From Bacteroidia bacterium (GTDB taxonomy: Bacteria > Bacteroidota > Bacteroidia > Flavobacteriales > Flavobacteriaceae), in NCBI GenBank assembly GCA_030430615.1, contig JAUIKV010000001.1, forward strand, positions 1 to 54,534: a DNA stretch of 54,534 nucleotides, read 5' to 3'. The position numbers and the translations under genes are program-made. This document shows, piece after piece, positions 9,559 through 20,172 of this stretch. Below the pieces are notes generated by a model, which ran no database searches, was not told where the DNA came from, and worked only from the letters and a program-made list of their open reading frames with translations. Every line of letters starts with the position of its first letter. The first letter of the stretch is position 1.

Positions 9559-12500
9559 TTGTCTGAACAGGCCCATTTTACAGTTTACAATGCATCCGCC
9601 GGAAGCGGCAAGACTTTCACACTGGTCAGGGACTACCTGACACTTCTTCTCGATCCGAAGAAATCTGTGGGCTTTCAGAGAATCCTTGCCATCACTTTTA
9701 CGAACAAGGCAGCTGGAGAAATGAAAGATCGGGTTCTTGAATACCTGGTTGAATTCGCCACCGGCAATTCGGATGAGGTCAAAACCATGAAAGATTACCT
9801 GATCTCGGAAACCGGACTGACTGCTGCGGAGTTGCGGAGCAAATCTCTCGAGACGCTGCAAAAGATTCTAAAGGATTACAGCTCCTTCAATATCCGAACC
9901 ATCGACAGTTTTACCAACAAGCTGATCAAAGCCTTTGCCTTCGATCTCGGGCTCTCCATGGATTTTGAAGTAGAGCTCGATACGGATTCTCTTTTCCAGG
10001 AGGCCGTGGATGAATTGATCTCGAGGATAGGCCAGGACGATGATATCACCAAGATTCTCGTGGCATTTGCCCAATACAAGGCTGACGATGACCGGTCCTG
10101 GGACATCACACGAGATTTGTTTGAAATTTCACAGTTGTTGCTCAATGAGAACCATCTACATGAAATAGAAAAGTTGAGAAAGAAGAGCATTTCAGACTTT
10201 CGAAACCTCTATCGAACTTTGATTGGGGAACGAAAAAAGATTGAGGCGTTCTGGACAGAGAAGGGAAGGGAAGCATTGTCTCTTATGGATTCCAATGGTT
10301 TGAACGATGAGGATTTCTTCAGCAAGCAGGCTCCAAAATTTTTCAGAAAGATGGAGGAAGGAGCCTCCGACCTTGAGTTTGTTCAGGGAAGCAGCATCGA
10401 CAAAAACATGGATGCCGGAAAGTTTTATGCCCAAAGCAAGAAGCAGTCGACCAAAGACGCCATTGATGCCATTGCCGGGGATTTGATTTGTATTTACAGG
10501 GAATCAGAGGAGCGGTTCGAAACCTACTATTTGTACGGTTTGATCTTGAAAAACCTGGTGCCTTTGGCTGTTCTGAGTACACTTTACAGGATTCTCGAGG
10601 AGATCAAGACCGAAAACAACATCCGTCTCAATGCAGAGTTCAACGAACTTATCAGCAAGCATCTTCGCGATCAGCCAGCTGCGTTCATCTATGAGAGAAT
10701 TGGGGAGAAGTTCAAGTACTTCTTTATCGATGAGATGCAGGACACTTCAGTGCTTCAATGGCTGAACCTGATTCCGCTCCTGGGGAATGCTTTAAGCGGC
10801 TCGGGTGCAGGTCTCATGCTGGTCGGAGACGCCAAGCAGGCTATATACAGATGGAGAGGAGGGCGTGCGGAACAATTCATTGATTTGGCATCCGATGATG
10901 AGAACCGGGCATCTCATCCTTTTGTAGTCCAGAAACAGGTAAGGGACCTTGAAACAAACTACAGATCCTACTCTGAGATAATAGAATTCAACAATGACCT
11001 TTTCAGCTACATTTCGTCCTTCTTCAGGGGCGATTCTTACAAGAACCTTTACAAAAGGGGAAATGAGCAGAAGCCAAACAAGAGATCGGGAGGTTATGTT
11101 GAGTTGCAATTTCTACCCGCAATGCGCAGAGCAGAAGAGAGAGATGAGGCCTATACGGAGTCTGTTCTAACAAAAGCAAAGGAGTTGCTCGAACAGTTCG
11201 AGCCGGAAGAGATTTGCATCCTGGTCAGGAAGAGGTCTCAGGGTTCCGTGATTGCGAAGGCCCTGATGGAAGAAGGTATCGATATTCTCAGTTCGGAGAC
11301 CTTGCTACTGAAGAACAACACCAAGGTGGCCTTCATCATAGAGTTCCTTCGTTTTCAAGAGGACCCCGACAACAAAGAGGCACTTTTCGAGGTGTTGAGT
11401 TTCCTGCATTCGCATTGGAAAATCGAAGGATCTGAGCATGATTTCTACGAGAAGCACCTGAACCTGGATTTGAATAAACTCATGGAGAGTTTTGGTCGCT
11501 ATGGTCTCAAGTCAGCTTCCGGCGACTTCAGCACTTTTTCAGTTTACGAACAGGTCGAGTCCATCATTCGGGAGTTCGGTTTGAATCAGGGATCGGACGC
11601 TTTTCTACAGTATTTTCTCGATTTTGTTTTTGACTACACGCAGAGAAGATCCCAGAAGAACCTGGGCTTCCTGGAATTCTGGGAGGAAAAGAAAGACAAA
11701 CTGAACATAATTAGCTCCGAAGAGGCCAAAGCCATTCGGATCATGACGATTCACAAATCCAAAGGATTGGAATTTCCCGTGGTAATTTTCCCCTATGACA
11801 TGCAGATCTACGGGGAGCGAACACCTGTGGCCTGGTATGAACCTCTGGAAGGAAAGGTGTTTGAAGGGTTTTCTTCCTTGTTGGTCGCGGCGAGCAGCAA
11901 AATCCAATTGACGGGTGAGCGAGGTGCCGAGATCTTTGAGGAATTGCAGACCCAACAGGAATTGGATAGTGTAAATCTCCTTTATGTTTGTCTTACTCGG
12001 GCGGTTGAGCAGCTGCATGTCATTTCAGAGGTTCGAAAAAACACCGTGCCCCCGAAAACGACCTCAGATCTTTTATCCGGCTATTTGAAAAGCTGCCGAC
12101 TATGGCAGGACGGAAAGAGCCTGTATTCCCTCGGCTCAAAACAACGCGCCTCATCAAGGATAAAAAAACGACCTCACAGCCAGGTTCAGAAGGAGTTGAT
12201 GAGCAGCTCATGGATGGACCATGACCTGCACCTGGTCTCCAAAGCTTCAGAGCTCTGGGACACGCGCCAGGGAGAAGCTATCACCTTCGGCAATCGATTC
12301 CATGAGATCATGGCACGTGTGCATGGCAGAGACGACCTGGAACCGGTCATCGAGGCATCCATTGGGAGCGGTCAATTGGAATCTTCAGAACGGGAGCGCA
12401 TTATGACACTAATGAGGTCTCTTGTGGAGCATCCTGAACTCAAGGATCAGTTCGAACCAGGACTCGAGGTCATGAATGAGAGGCAAATCTTCGTATCCGA

Positions 12501-12717
12501 GGGTGTCGCGATCATTCCCGATCGCCTTGTTTTCAGGGATAATCAAGTTTGGATCATAGACTACAAAACAGGAGCGCAAGATCCCAAACACGTCCAACAG
12601 ATCAATCAGTACGCCTATGTCATGCAGGAAATGGGCTATCGAGTCGCAGAACGCCTGCTGGTCTATGTCAACGGGAACGTAAAAGTGATCAAAATAGACT
12701 CGGAAATACGCCTTTGA
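9559..12717 (+). CDS. UvrD/AddA-like ATP-dependent helicase with C-terminal RecB-type PD-(D/E)xK nuclease
   Basis: ASAGSGKT, TFTNKAA, IDEMQDTS, VGDAKQAIYRWRGG, NYRS, MTIHKSKGLEF, LLYVCLTRA; nuclease motif IPDRL...IIDYKTG. Confidence 0.9.
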   Translation: MSEQAHFTVYNASAGSGKTFTLVRDYLTLLLDPKKSVGFQRILAITFTNKAAGEMKDRVLEYLVEFATGNSDEVKTMKDYLISETGLTAAELRSKSLETLQKILKDYSSFNIRTIDSFTNKLIKAFAFDLGLSMDFEVELDTDSLFQEAVDELISRIGQDDDITKILVAFAQYKADDDRSWDITRDLFEISQLLLNENHLHEIEKLRKKSISDFRNLYRTLIGERKKIEAFWTEKGREALSLMDSNGLNDEDFFSKQAPKFFRKMEEGASDLEFVQGSSIDKNMDAGKFYAQSKKQSTKDAIDAIAGDLICIYRESEERFETYYLYGLILKNLVPLAVLSTLYRILEEIKTENNIRLNAEFNELISKHLRDQPAAFIYERIGEKFKYFFIDEMQDTSVLQWLNLIPLLGNALSGSGAGLMLVGDAKQAIYRWRGGRAEQFIDLASDDENRASHPFVVQKQVRDLETNYRSYSEIIEFNNDLFSYISSFFRGDSYKNLYKRGNEQKPNKRSGGYVELQFLPAMRRAEERDEAYTESVLTKAKELLEQFEPEEICILVRKRSQGSVIAKALMEEGIDILSSETLLLKNNTKVAFIIEFLRFQEDPDNKEALFEVLSFLHSHWKIEGSEHDFYEKHLNLDLNKLMESFGRYGLKSASGDFSTFSVYEQVESIIREFGLNQGSDAFLQYFLDFVFDYTQRRSQKNLGFLEFWEEKKDKLNIISSEEAKAIRIMTIHKSKGLEFPVVIFPYDMQIYGERTPVAWYEPLEGKVFEGFSSLLVAASSKIQLTGERGAEIFEELQTQQELDSVNLLYVCLTRAVEQLHVISEVRKNTVPPKTTSDLLSGYLKSCRLWQDGKSLYSLGSKQRASSRIKKRPHSQVQKELMSSSWMDHDLHLVSKASELWDTRQGEAITFGNRFHEIMARVHGRDDLEPVIEASIGSGQLESSERERIMTLMRSLVEHPELKDQFEPGLEVMNERQIFVSEGVAIIPDRLVFRDNQVWIIDYKTGAQDPKHVQQINQYAYVMQEMGYRVAERLLVYVNGNVKVIKIDSEIRL

Positions 12718-12766
12718 ACCGATCAAATTGAATAGTTTTGTGTTGTATTACTTATCCCTATCCTCA

Positions 12767-13276
12767 ATGAACACGATTGATATAGTCATAGGCATCATTT
12801 TACTCGTCGGAACCGTCAACGGTTTCATGAAAGGTCTTTTTGTCGAAGTCACCACCCTGGTTGGATTGGTTCTGGGGATTTACGGAGCCATTCATTTCTC
12901 TTATTTTTTGGGCGATTTTCTCAAGTCTAGCGTTTCCTGGGATCAGTCCATGATTGAACTGGTTTCATTTGCCGGGACTTTCTTGATCATTCTCATCGCG
13001 CTCGTGCTTCTCGGAAAGGCGATGACCAAGGTTGCCGATACCCTTGCGCTCGGTTTTTTCAATAAGATCGTAGGCGCTGTGTTTGGGTTCCTTAAGTATG
13101 CCTTGATCCTGAGCATAGTCCTGCTGGTGTATGACCAGATCAATTCTTCGCTGCGATTTGTCGAAAAGGAAAAGACCCGTTCTTCATTGCTCTATGAACC
13201 TGTGAAGAACTTTGCGCCTGCAGTTTTTCCTGACCTGGTCAAGGTGGAAGTGAAGAAGCCCAGGAAGAAGATTTAG
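12767..13276 (+). CDS. cvpA: CvpA-family (colicin V production) membrane protein
   Basis: MNTIDIV...GFMKGLFVE, four TM helices, [13 protein letters not shown]; ATG at 12767. Confidence 0.85.
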   Translation: MNTIDIVIGIILLVGTVNGFMKGLFVEVTTLVGLVLGIYGAIHFSYFLGDFLKSSVSWDQSMIELVSFAGTFLIILIALVLLGKAMTKVADTLALGFFNKIVGAVFGFLKYALILSIVLLVYDQINSSLRFVEKEKTRSSLLYEPVKNFAPAVFPDLVKVEVKKPRKKI

Positions 13277-13326
13277 GAGACACCGATCCAAAATATTACT
13301 ATTTTTATCACCTAAAATCACGACCA

Positions 13327-14145
13327 ATGTCTTCAGCCAAGAAGCAGTACAAGAGAATAACCACCAAAACCCTGGTGGAAATGAAAAAGAAAGGTGAGAA
13401 GATCGCCATGCTTACCGCCTACGACTACACGATGGCGAAAATCATCGATCATGCCGGAATCGACATTATCCTCGTCGGGGATTCGGCCTCCAATGTCATG
13501 GCCGGTCACGAGACCACCTTGCCGATCACATTGGATCAAATGATCTATCACGCTTCTTCCGTAATCCGTGCGATTGAGCGCTGTCTCGTGGTTGTGGACC
13601 TTCCTTTCGGAACCTACCAGGGAAACTCCAGACAGGCGCTGGATTCGGCAATACGCATCATGAAAGAGTCAGGTGGTCATTCCGTCAAGTTGGAAGGAGG
13701 GGAGGAAATCGCCGAATCTGTGACGCGCATCCTGTCGGCAGGAATACCTGTGATGGGACACCTCGGTTTGACGCCACAATCGATTTACAAGTTCGGGACC
13801 TACACCGTTCGGGCCAAGGAAGAGGAAGAGGCCCTCAAGCTCAAGAGTGATGCCAAGTTGCTCGAGGAGTTGGGATGCTTTGCCGTCGTGCTCGAGAAAG
13901 TACCGTCAAAGCTGGCACGTGAAGTGGCCGAGAGCGTATCGATTCCTGTCATTGGAATCGGAGCAGGAGATGGCGTTGACGGCCAGGTACTTGTAACTCA
14001 TGACATGCTTGGCATGACGCACGAATTCAGTCCTCGTTTTCTCAGGCGCTACCTCGATCTCTACATGGAAATGGGTGATGCCTTCAGACGGTATATTTCG
14101 GATGTGAAATCCAGAGACTTTCCCAACGAGGAAGAACAGTATTAA
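13327..14145 (+). CDS. panB: 3-methyl-2-oxobutanoate hydroxymethyltransferase
   Basis: [39 protein letters not shown]. Confidence 0.98.
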   Translation: MSSAKKQYKRITTKTLVEMKKKGEKIAMLTAYDYTMAKIIDHAGIDIILVGDSASNVMAGHETTLPITLDQMIYHASSVIRAIERCLVVVDLPFGTYQGNSRQALDSAIRIMKESGGHSVKLEGGEEIAESVTRILSAGIPVMGHLGLTPQSIYKFGTYTVRAKEEEEALKLKSDAKLLEELGCFAVVLEKVPSKLAREVAESVSIPVIGIGAGDGVDGQVLVTHDMLGMTHEFSPRFLRRYLDLYMEMGDAFRRYISDVKSRDFPNEEEQY

Positions 14146-14152
14146 AGTCAGT

Positions 14153-14183
14153 AATCTCGCCACTTCCGGCGAGATTTTTATTT
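14153..14183 (+). terminator. Intrinsic terminator after panB
   Basis: AATCTCGCC-ACTTCC-GGCGAGATT followed by TTTATTT. Confidence 0.8.
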
Positions 14184-14278
14184 GGAGTTTTTAACTGAAT
14201 TTTAACAGCGAGAATTGTCCTTAACCCTTAGATTTGTGGCCCTTGAGGACATTTGAACCTATGATACACATTTAAAAA

Positions 14279-15283
14279 ATGGATACACAAAATGCGAACG
14301 TTGACATACGTCTGATCAACGAGAAAATTGAGAAGGAAAGCGCCTTTGTAGACTTGCTTCAACTTGAGATGAACAAGGTAATCGTCGGGCAGAAGCACAT
14401 GCTTGAGCGACTTCTTATAGGTCTTTTGGGAGATGGCCACATTCTGCTGGAAGGGGTTCCTGGTCTTGCAAAGACTCTGGCAATAAATACGTTGGCAAAA
14501 GCTGTTAAAGGTTCATTCAGTCGAATTCAGTTTACACCTGACCTGTTGCCTGCAGACGTCATCGGTACCATGATCTACAACATGAAGGAAAATGACTTTT
14601 CCATCAAAAAGGGGCCGATCTTTGCGAATTTCGTCCTGGCGGATGAAATAAACCGTGCTCCGGCGAAGGTTCAATCTGCTTTGCTTGAGGCCATGCAGGA
14701 GCACCAGGTAACCATCGGTGACTCCACCTTCAAGCTTCCAGAGCCATTTCTGGTTTTGGCAACCCAAAACCCGATCGAGCAGGAAGGAACCTATCCTTTG
14801 CCCGAAGCGCAGGTTGACCGTTTCATGCTGAAGACCGTGATCGACTATCCGAAGCTCGACGATGAGCAAATGATCATGCGAAACAACCTCAACGGCAACT
14901 TTGACCAGGTGAATGCAGTGGTTGGGATCGACCAGATCACCAGGGCCCGTGCCTCAGTCAAGGAAGTATACATGGATGAGAAAATAGAGAAATACATTCT
15001 GAATATCGTATTTGCTTCGAGATATCCTGAAGAGTACCGTTTAAACGACATCAAACCTTTGATCAGTTTTGGAGCCTCCCCACGGGGGAGCATCAACCTG
15101 GCCATGGCGTCGAAGTGCTATGCCTTCATCAAGAGAAGAGGCTATGTGATTCCGGAAGACGTTAGAGCCGTTGTTCACGATGTGCTCAGACACAGAATTG
15201 GGATCACCTATGAGGCGGAAGCTGAAAACGTGACCTCGGTTGACCTGATCAACAAGATCGTGAATGAAGTAGAAGTGCCTTAA
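14279..15283 (+). CDS. moxR: MoxR-family AAA+ ATPase
   Basis: GVPGLAKT, RIQFTPDLLPAD, LADEINRAPAKVQSALLEAM, ATQNPIEQEGTYPLPEAQVDRF. Confidence 0.96.
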   Translation: MDTQNANVDIRLINEKIEKESAFVDLLQLEMNKVIVGQKHMLERLLIGLLGDGHILLEGVPGLAKTLAINTLAKAVKGSFSRIQFTPDLLPADVIGTMIYNMKENDFSIKKGPIFANFVLADEINRAPAKVQSALLEAMQEHQVTIGDSTFKLPEPFLVLATQNPIEQEGTYPLPEAQVDRFMLKTVIDYPKLDDEQMIMRNNLNGNFDQVNAVVGIDQITRARASVKEVYMDEKIEKYILNIVFASRYPEEYRLNDIKPLISFGASPRGSINLAMASKCYAFIKRRGYVIPEDVRAVVHDVLRHRIGITYEAEAENVTSVDLINKIVNEVEVP

Positions 15284-15298
15284 CCGTCAAAACCCTCT

Positions 15299-16165
15299 GT
15301 GGACACTAAAGAACTGCTAAAAAAAGTCAAGAAGATCGAGATAAAGACAAGACGTTTGTCTGACCATCTCTTTTCGGGTGAATATCACAGTTCATTCAAA
15401 GGGAGAGGTATGACTTTTTCTGAGGTGAGACAATACCAGTTCGGAGATGATATTCGAAGCATTGACTGGAATGTCACTGCGCGTTACAATGAGCCCTATG
15501 TCAAGGTCTTTGAGGAAGAACGGGAGCTTACTATGCTTCTCATGGTAGACGTCAGTGGTTCCGAATCTTTTGGAACCCATCAGCAGTTCAAAAGGGACAT
15601 TATAACCGAGATCAGTGCCACGCTCGCTTTCTCGGCCATTCAGAACAACGACAAGGTGGGACTCCTGCTCTTTTCAGATGAGATCGAGCTGTTCATTCCG
15701 CCCAAGAAAGGGAAAACGCACGTGCTCCGGATCATCCGGGAACTCCTCGAGTTTGAACCGGGAAGCCGAAGAACGGATTTTACACAGGCCCTGCGCTATC
15801 TTTCAAATGTCATGAAGAAGAAGGCGATTGTCTTTGTTCTTTCCGATTTTATGGATGAAGGATATGACAATGCCCTGAAGATCGTGGGGAAAAAACACGA
15901 TGTCACCGGTATCAGGGTCTACGACAGGTATGAAGAAGAACTGCCGAAGTTAGGTATGGTTCCAATGAAGGATTCAGAGACCGGAGAAATCATTTTGGTC
16001 AATACGAATTCAAAGGAGGTCAGAAAGAATTACAAGGCGAATTATTTGAAAACCGTGGATTACTTTGAGAATGCTTTCACCAAAAGCGGATCAGGGACCA
16101 TTCACACGCGGCAGGATGAGAGTTATGTCAAAAAGCTGCTCAGCTATTTCAAGCGCAGAAACTAA
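15299..16165 (+). CDS. DUF58 domain (VWA-like) protein
   Basis: GEYHSSFKGRGMTFSEVRQYQFGDDIRSIDWNVTAR, VKVFEEERE, DVSGS; follows moxR. Confidence 0.93.
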   Translation: MDTKELLKKVKKIEIKTRRLSDHLFSGEYHSSFKGRGMTFSEVRQYQFGDDIRSIDWNVTARYNEPYVKVFEEERELTMLLMVDVSGSESFGTHQQFKRDIITEISATLAFSAIQNNDKVGLLLFSDEIELFIPPKKGKTHVLRIIRELLEFEPGSRRTDFTQALRYLSNVMKKKAIVFVLSDFMDEGYDNALKIVGKKHDVTGIRVYDRYEEELPKLGMVPMKDSETGEIILVNTNSKEVRKNYKANYLKTVDYFENAFTKSGSGTIHTRQDESYVKKLLSYFKRRN

Positions 16166-16205
16166 AAAATAAAGAAGCGGACCTTTTCGGAGGTTTCGAA
16201 GCGCC

Positions 16206-17240
16206 ATGAATTGGAAAAAGAAAACATCGGGATTGAGATTGAGCAACTGGACTTTTTTGAGTTCGGCTTTGTTCGCTCTCATCTTCTTAATGAGTTCGGC
16301 TGAGGCCTTTTCTCAGGTGACCTCCAGGGTCGATACGACGAGAATTCGCATAGGTGAGCAATTTCACTATGAGATCGAAGTGGAAGAGATCCAGGGTGTG
16401 AGGCTTCCCAAGTTCGAATCAGACAGTTTGAATCGAGTAGGGGTCGTCACTTCCAAGATTGATTCCCTGAAGAACAGGCTGATCATCAAATACACGCTCA
16501 CCAGCTTTGACAGTGGTCAGTACGTCTTGCCCGGACAGGAAGTTTTTGTGCGTGACAAGAGATATCTCACGGACCCTGTGATCGTAGATGTGGGAACCGT
16601 TCCGGTTGACACGATCAAACAGCCGATGCATCACATTAAGACGATCAAGGGCGAACCATACCTGTTCTCAGATTACCTCAATTATTTTTGGGGACTGATC
16701 GTCGCCTTGCTGATTATCGGAGCGATCCTGTATTTCGTGCTGAGAGACAAGCCGAAGCACGAAGAGTACATAGAGAAGATTCCTCCTTTTGACATGGCAA
16801 AGCAACGCCTTCAGGAATTGGATCAGAAGAACCTTGTCGAGCAGAATCGCATTAAACTATACTATGTTGAGTTGACTGACATCGTGCGAACCTTCATTGA
16901 AAGGGAAATGAATATTCCCGCCCTGGAATCCACCTCTGAAGAGCTGATCGAAACCATTACGGACTTCAATGCAAGCAGCAATCTCAATATTCCATCGGAA
17001 ACGTTGGCCAAATTGAGGCGATTGCTCCAGGAGGCGGATCTTGTCAAGTTCGCCAAAATGAAGCCCTTGCTCAATGAGATAGAATTGCACCGCCAGGATG
17101 CGGAAATCGTTATAGATGTCATGCATCCGGCTCATGAGGCGCGCATGAAGCGAGAGCAGGAGGAAGAAAGCAAAAGAATTGAGCAGGAAAAGAAAGAGGA
17201 GTTGAAGAAGATAGAGGAAGAAACCCAGTTAAAAGAATAA
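16206..17240 (+). CDS. Bat-operon single-pass membrane protein (signal peptide, Ig-like domain, TM helix, charged tail)
   Basis: VTSRVDTTRIRIGEQ, TM helix FWGLIVALLIIGAILYFVL, ADLVKFAK; sits between DUF58 and batA. Confidence 0.8.
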   Translation: MNWKKKTSGLRLSNWTFLSSALFALIFLMSSAEAFSQVTSRVDTTRIRIGEQFHYEIEVEEIQGVRLPKFESDSLNRVGVVTSKIDSLKNRLIIKYTLTSFDSGQYVLPGQEVFVRDKRYLTDPVIVDVGTVPVDTIKQPMHHIKTIKGEPYLFSDYLNYFWGLIVALLIIGAILYFVLRDKPKHEEYIEKIPPFDMAKQRLQELDQKNLVEQNRIKLYYVELTDIVRTFIEREMNIPALESTSEELIETITDFNASSNLNIPSETLAKLRRLLQEADLVKFAKMKPLLNEIELHRQDAEIVIDVMHPAHEARMKREQEEESKRIEQEKKEELKKIEEETQLKE

Positions 17241-17251
17241 GAGTCTCAAAG

Positions 17252-18250
17252 ATGTTCGCAAATTTGGAATTTACAAACCCTGAATTTTTGTGGCTATTGC
17301 TCATCATGCCCTTGTTGATGCTGTGGTTTTTCCTTATTCGCAAAAAGGATAGTGCGGACCTGAGCATCCCCAGCACGGCAGGGTTCAAAAAAGGGAATTT
17401 CTGGTCGAAAATGAAACCCTTTTTGTACGTCCTTCGATTGGTGGCTCTTACTTTGTTGATCCTTGCCCTGGCAAGGCCGAGAAATGTTGAAGTGAGCAAG
17501 CGCACCAAGACAACCCGGGGAATCGACATTGTGATGGCAATCGATGTTTCTGCAAGTATGTTGGCCAAGGACCTGAAGCCCAACCGACTGGAGGCACTGA
17601 AAGATGTGGCGACCAAGTTCGTCCAGAAGCGGCCTAATGACAGGATTGGAATTGTGGTATATGCCGGGGAGAGTTTTACCCAAACCCCGATCACCAGCGA
17701 CAAGACCATCGTTCAGAACACGATACGCAAGATCCAATGGGGTCAGATCGAGGATGGAACGGCCATCGGCATGGGGCTTGGATCGGCGGTAAACCGACTC
17801 AAGGACAGCAAGGCGAAGAGCAAGGTAATCATTTTGCTGACCGACGGGGTGAACAACACCGGTTTCGTGGACCCGAAGACCGCTACGGAGCTGGCCAAGC
17901 AAATTGGAATCAAGGTCTACACCATTGGCCTGGGAACCAACGGGACAGCGATGTTCCCGGTGGCAAAGGACCTGAACGGGAAACTGATCTTCAGGAATGC
18001 CCCGGTGGAGATAGATGAGGATCTTTTAAAATATATAGCCTCGGAGACCGAAGGTCAATATTTCCGGGCAACCGGGAACAAGAAACTGGAATCGATCTAC
18101 AACCAGATCGACAAACTGGAGAAAACAGAAATTGAAGAATTGAAATACTACAATTACCAGGAACGATTCAGGCCCCTCGTTTTTTTCGCGGGTTTCCTGG
18201 TGTTGATTGAAATGACGCTCAGGTTTACCGTGTTCAGAAGTTTTATCTGA
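17252..18250 (+). CDS. batA: BatA VWA-domain protein
   Basis: N-terminal FTNPEFLWLL, LALARP, MIDAS motif DVSAS, GTAIGMGL, LLTDG. Confidence 0.93.
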   Translation: MFANLEFTNPEFLWLLLIMPLLMLWFFLIRKKDSADLSIPSTAGFKKGNFWSKMKPFLYVLRLVALTLLILALARPRNVEVSKRTKTTRGIDIVMAIDVSASMLAKDLKPNRLEALKDVATKFVQKRPNDRIGIVVYAGESFTQTPITSDKTIVQNTIRKIQWGQIEDGTAIGMGLGSAVNRLKDSKAKSKVIILLTDGVNNTGFVDPKTATELAKQIGIKVYTIGLGTNGTAMFPVAKDLNGKLIFRNAPVEIDEDLLKYIASETEGQYFRATGNKKLESIYNQIDKLEKTEIEELKYYNYQERFRPLVFFAGFLVLIEMTLRFTVFRSFI

Positions 18251-18291
18251 GCCCAGAACCTGAAAATGATTTAACAGAAGACAGATAAAAC

Positions 18292-19326
18292 ATGTATCAG
18301 ATCGAGGAACCGAAATATTTCTATCTCATGTTCGCCGTTGTTGCGCTCTTGCTGATGTACTTGCTCGTGGTCTTTTGGAAGCGCAGGAAGCAGAAGCAGT
18401 TTGCGGATCTTCCCCTGTTGGATCAGCTCAGCCCACAGCGATCTGTTTTCAAGCCTGCCCTGAAAATCATTATGGTGGCCCTTGGCCTCACTCTCCTTGT
18501 GATTGCCCTGGTGAATCCGAAAATGGGCACTCAGCTAAAGACAGTCAAGCGGCAAGGGGTGGACATCGTCTTCGCGATTGACGTTTCCAAAAGCATGCTG
18601 GCCGAAGACATCGCGCCGAATAGACTGGAAAAATCGAAGCAAATCGTATCCAAGATCATAGAAGAGTTGGGCAGTGACCGGGTCGGAATCATCATTTATG
18701 CGGGCAATGCATATCCGTTGCTGCCAATAACCACAGATCACGGGGCGGCACGGATGTTTCTGCAGAATGCACATCCCGACATGGTATCCTCCCAGGGGAC
18801 GGCGATCAATGAGGCCCTTGACCTGGCCAAGACCTTTTTCGACGACGACACCCAGACCAACAGGTTCTTGTTCATCATTTCAGATGGTGAGGACCACGAG
18901 GAAAATTCGTCTGAGGCCGCTGCTGAGCTTGTGGACCTTGGCATCAAGACTTATACGATCGGAATAGGAACGAACAAAGGAAGCCCGATTCCGATCAAGC
19001 GAAACGGGAAGTTCATAGGTTACAAGAAAGACAGAGATGACGAGGTTGTGATCACAAAGCTCAATGTGGAAACACTCAAAGACATTGCAGAGAAAGGGGA
19101 TGGGAGCTACATATATGGAAACAGAACGTCAAGCACCATTGAGTACGTTGAGAACCTTTTGCTCAAGGCGGACAAGAAGGAGTTTGAAACCAAGCAGTTT
19201 TCCGACTACAAAGACCAGTTTCAATGGTTTGTTGGATTTGGACTGCTGTTTTTGCTTTTGGACACCTTTCTGCTGGACAAGAAAACAAAGTGGATACAGA
19301 AGTTGAACCTGTTTAATGAAAGATGA
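18292..19326 (+). CDS. batB: BatB VWA-domain protein
   Basis: DVSKSMLAEDIAPNRL, LPITTD, QGTAI, ISDGEDHE. Confidence 0.92.
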   Translation: MYQIEEPKYFYLMFAVVALLLMYLLVVFWKRRKQKQFADLPLLDQLSPQRSVFKPALKIIMVALGLTLLVIALVNPKMGTQLKTVKRQGVDIVFAIDVSKSMLAEDIAPNRLEKSKQIVSKIIEELGSDRVGIIIYAGNAYPLLPITTDHGAARMFLQNAHPDMVSSQGTAINEALDLAKTFFDDDTQTNRFLFIISDGEDHEENSSEAAAELVDLGIKTYTIGIGTNKGSPIPIKRNGKFIGYKKDRDDEVVITKLNVETLKDIAEKGDGSYIYGNRTSSTIEYVENLLLKADKKEFETKQFSDYKDQFQWFVGFGLLFLLLDTFLLDKKTKWIQKLNLFNER

Positions 19327-20161
19327 CATGAGAGGACTTATTCTGATTTTGATGTTTCTCCCAATGGCTCTTTTAGGCCAGGAAAAGGAACAGGTGCAGG
19401 AACAAGAAACACCCAAGGAGCCACCTAAGATCAAGTTGGCTGAGAAGCAGATTCTCAGAGCAGGAAATGACCTGTACAAGCAGAAGCGCTTTGTCGATGC
19501 CGAAGTGAAGTACAAAAAGGCCCTTCAAAAGAATCAATATTACGAAACGGCAGGCTTCAATTTGGGAAATGCTGTCTATGAGCAGGGCAGATATGAAGAG
19601 GCCTTGCCGCAGTACGACATGGTCTCCAAATCGGCCCGTGACGTGGAAACCCGTGCAAGCGCCTTTCACAACCAGGGCAATGTCATGATGAAGCAGAAGC
19701 AGTATGCCCAGGCTATTGATGCCTATAAAAAGTCGCTGATCCTGAATCCAACAGACGAGGAAACAAGATACAACCTGGCCCTGGCTCAGAAGCTCCTGGA
19801 AGATGAGCAACAAAATCAGAATAACGAAAACGACCAACAGAACCAGGATCAAAACCAGGATCAGAATCAAGATCAGAACCAGGATCAGAATCAGGACCAG
19901 AATAGTGAGAACAAGGATCAGGGAGACAATCCCGATAAAGACAAGGAGCAGGATGACGGTCAGGACAATCAAGATCCGAACAAGGATAACAACCAGGGAG
20001 AAGAGGAAAAGAAAAATCAGCAGCCTCAACCCAATAAGCTGAGTGATCAGCAGATCGAACAGCTTTTGGAGGCGATGAATAACGAAGAGAACAAAACCCA
20101 GCAAAAGGTGAACGCCAAAAAAGCCCGGGGCAAAAAAGTGAATCAGGAAAAAGACTGGTAG
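19316..20161 (+). CDS. batC: BatC TPR protein with Q/N/D-rich linker
   Basis: TPR helices (FNLGNAVY, HNQGN, RYNLALAQ), low-complexity linker, C-terminal EKDW. Confidence 0.88.
   Translation: MKDDMRGLILILMFLPMALLGQEKEQVQEQETPKEPPKIKLAEKQILRAGNDLYKQKRFVDAEVKYKKALQKNQYYETAGFNLGNAVYEQGRYEEALPQYDMVSKSARDVETRASAFHNQGNVMMKQKQYAQAIDAYKKSLILNPTDEETRYNLALAQKLLEDEQQNQNNENDQQNQDQNQDQNQDQNQDQNQDQNSENKDQGDNPDKDKEQDDGQDNQDPNKDNNQGEEEKKNQQPQPNKLSDQQIEQLLEAMNNEENKTQQKVNAKKARGKKVNQEKDW
19838..19903 (+). repeat. In-frame 12-bp tandem repeat (CARAAYCARGAY x5.5) encoding QNQD in batC
   Basis: cagaaccaggat caaaaccaggat cagaatcaagat cagaaccaggat cagaatcaggac cagaat. Confidence 0.9.
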
Positions 20162-20172
20162 TTTATTTTTAG

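Noticed and set aside
19838-19903. Tandem repeat considered as a CRISPR array
   Set aside because: 12-bp contiguous coding repeat with no spacers and no cas genes
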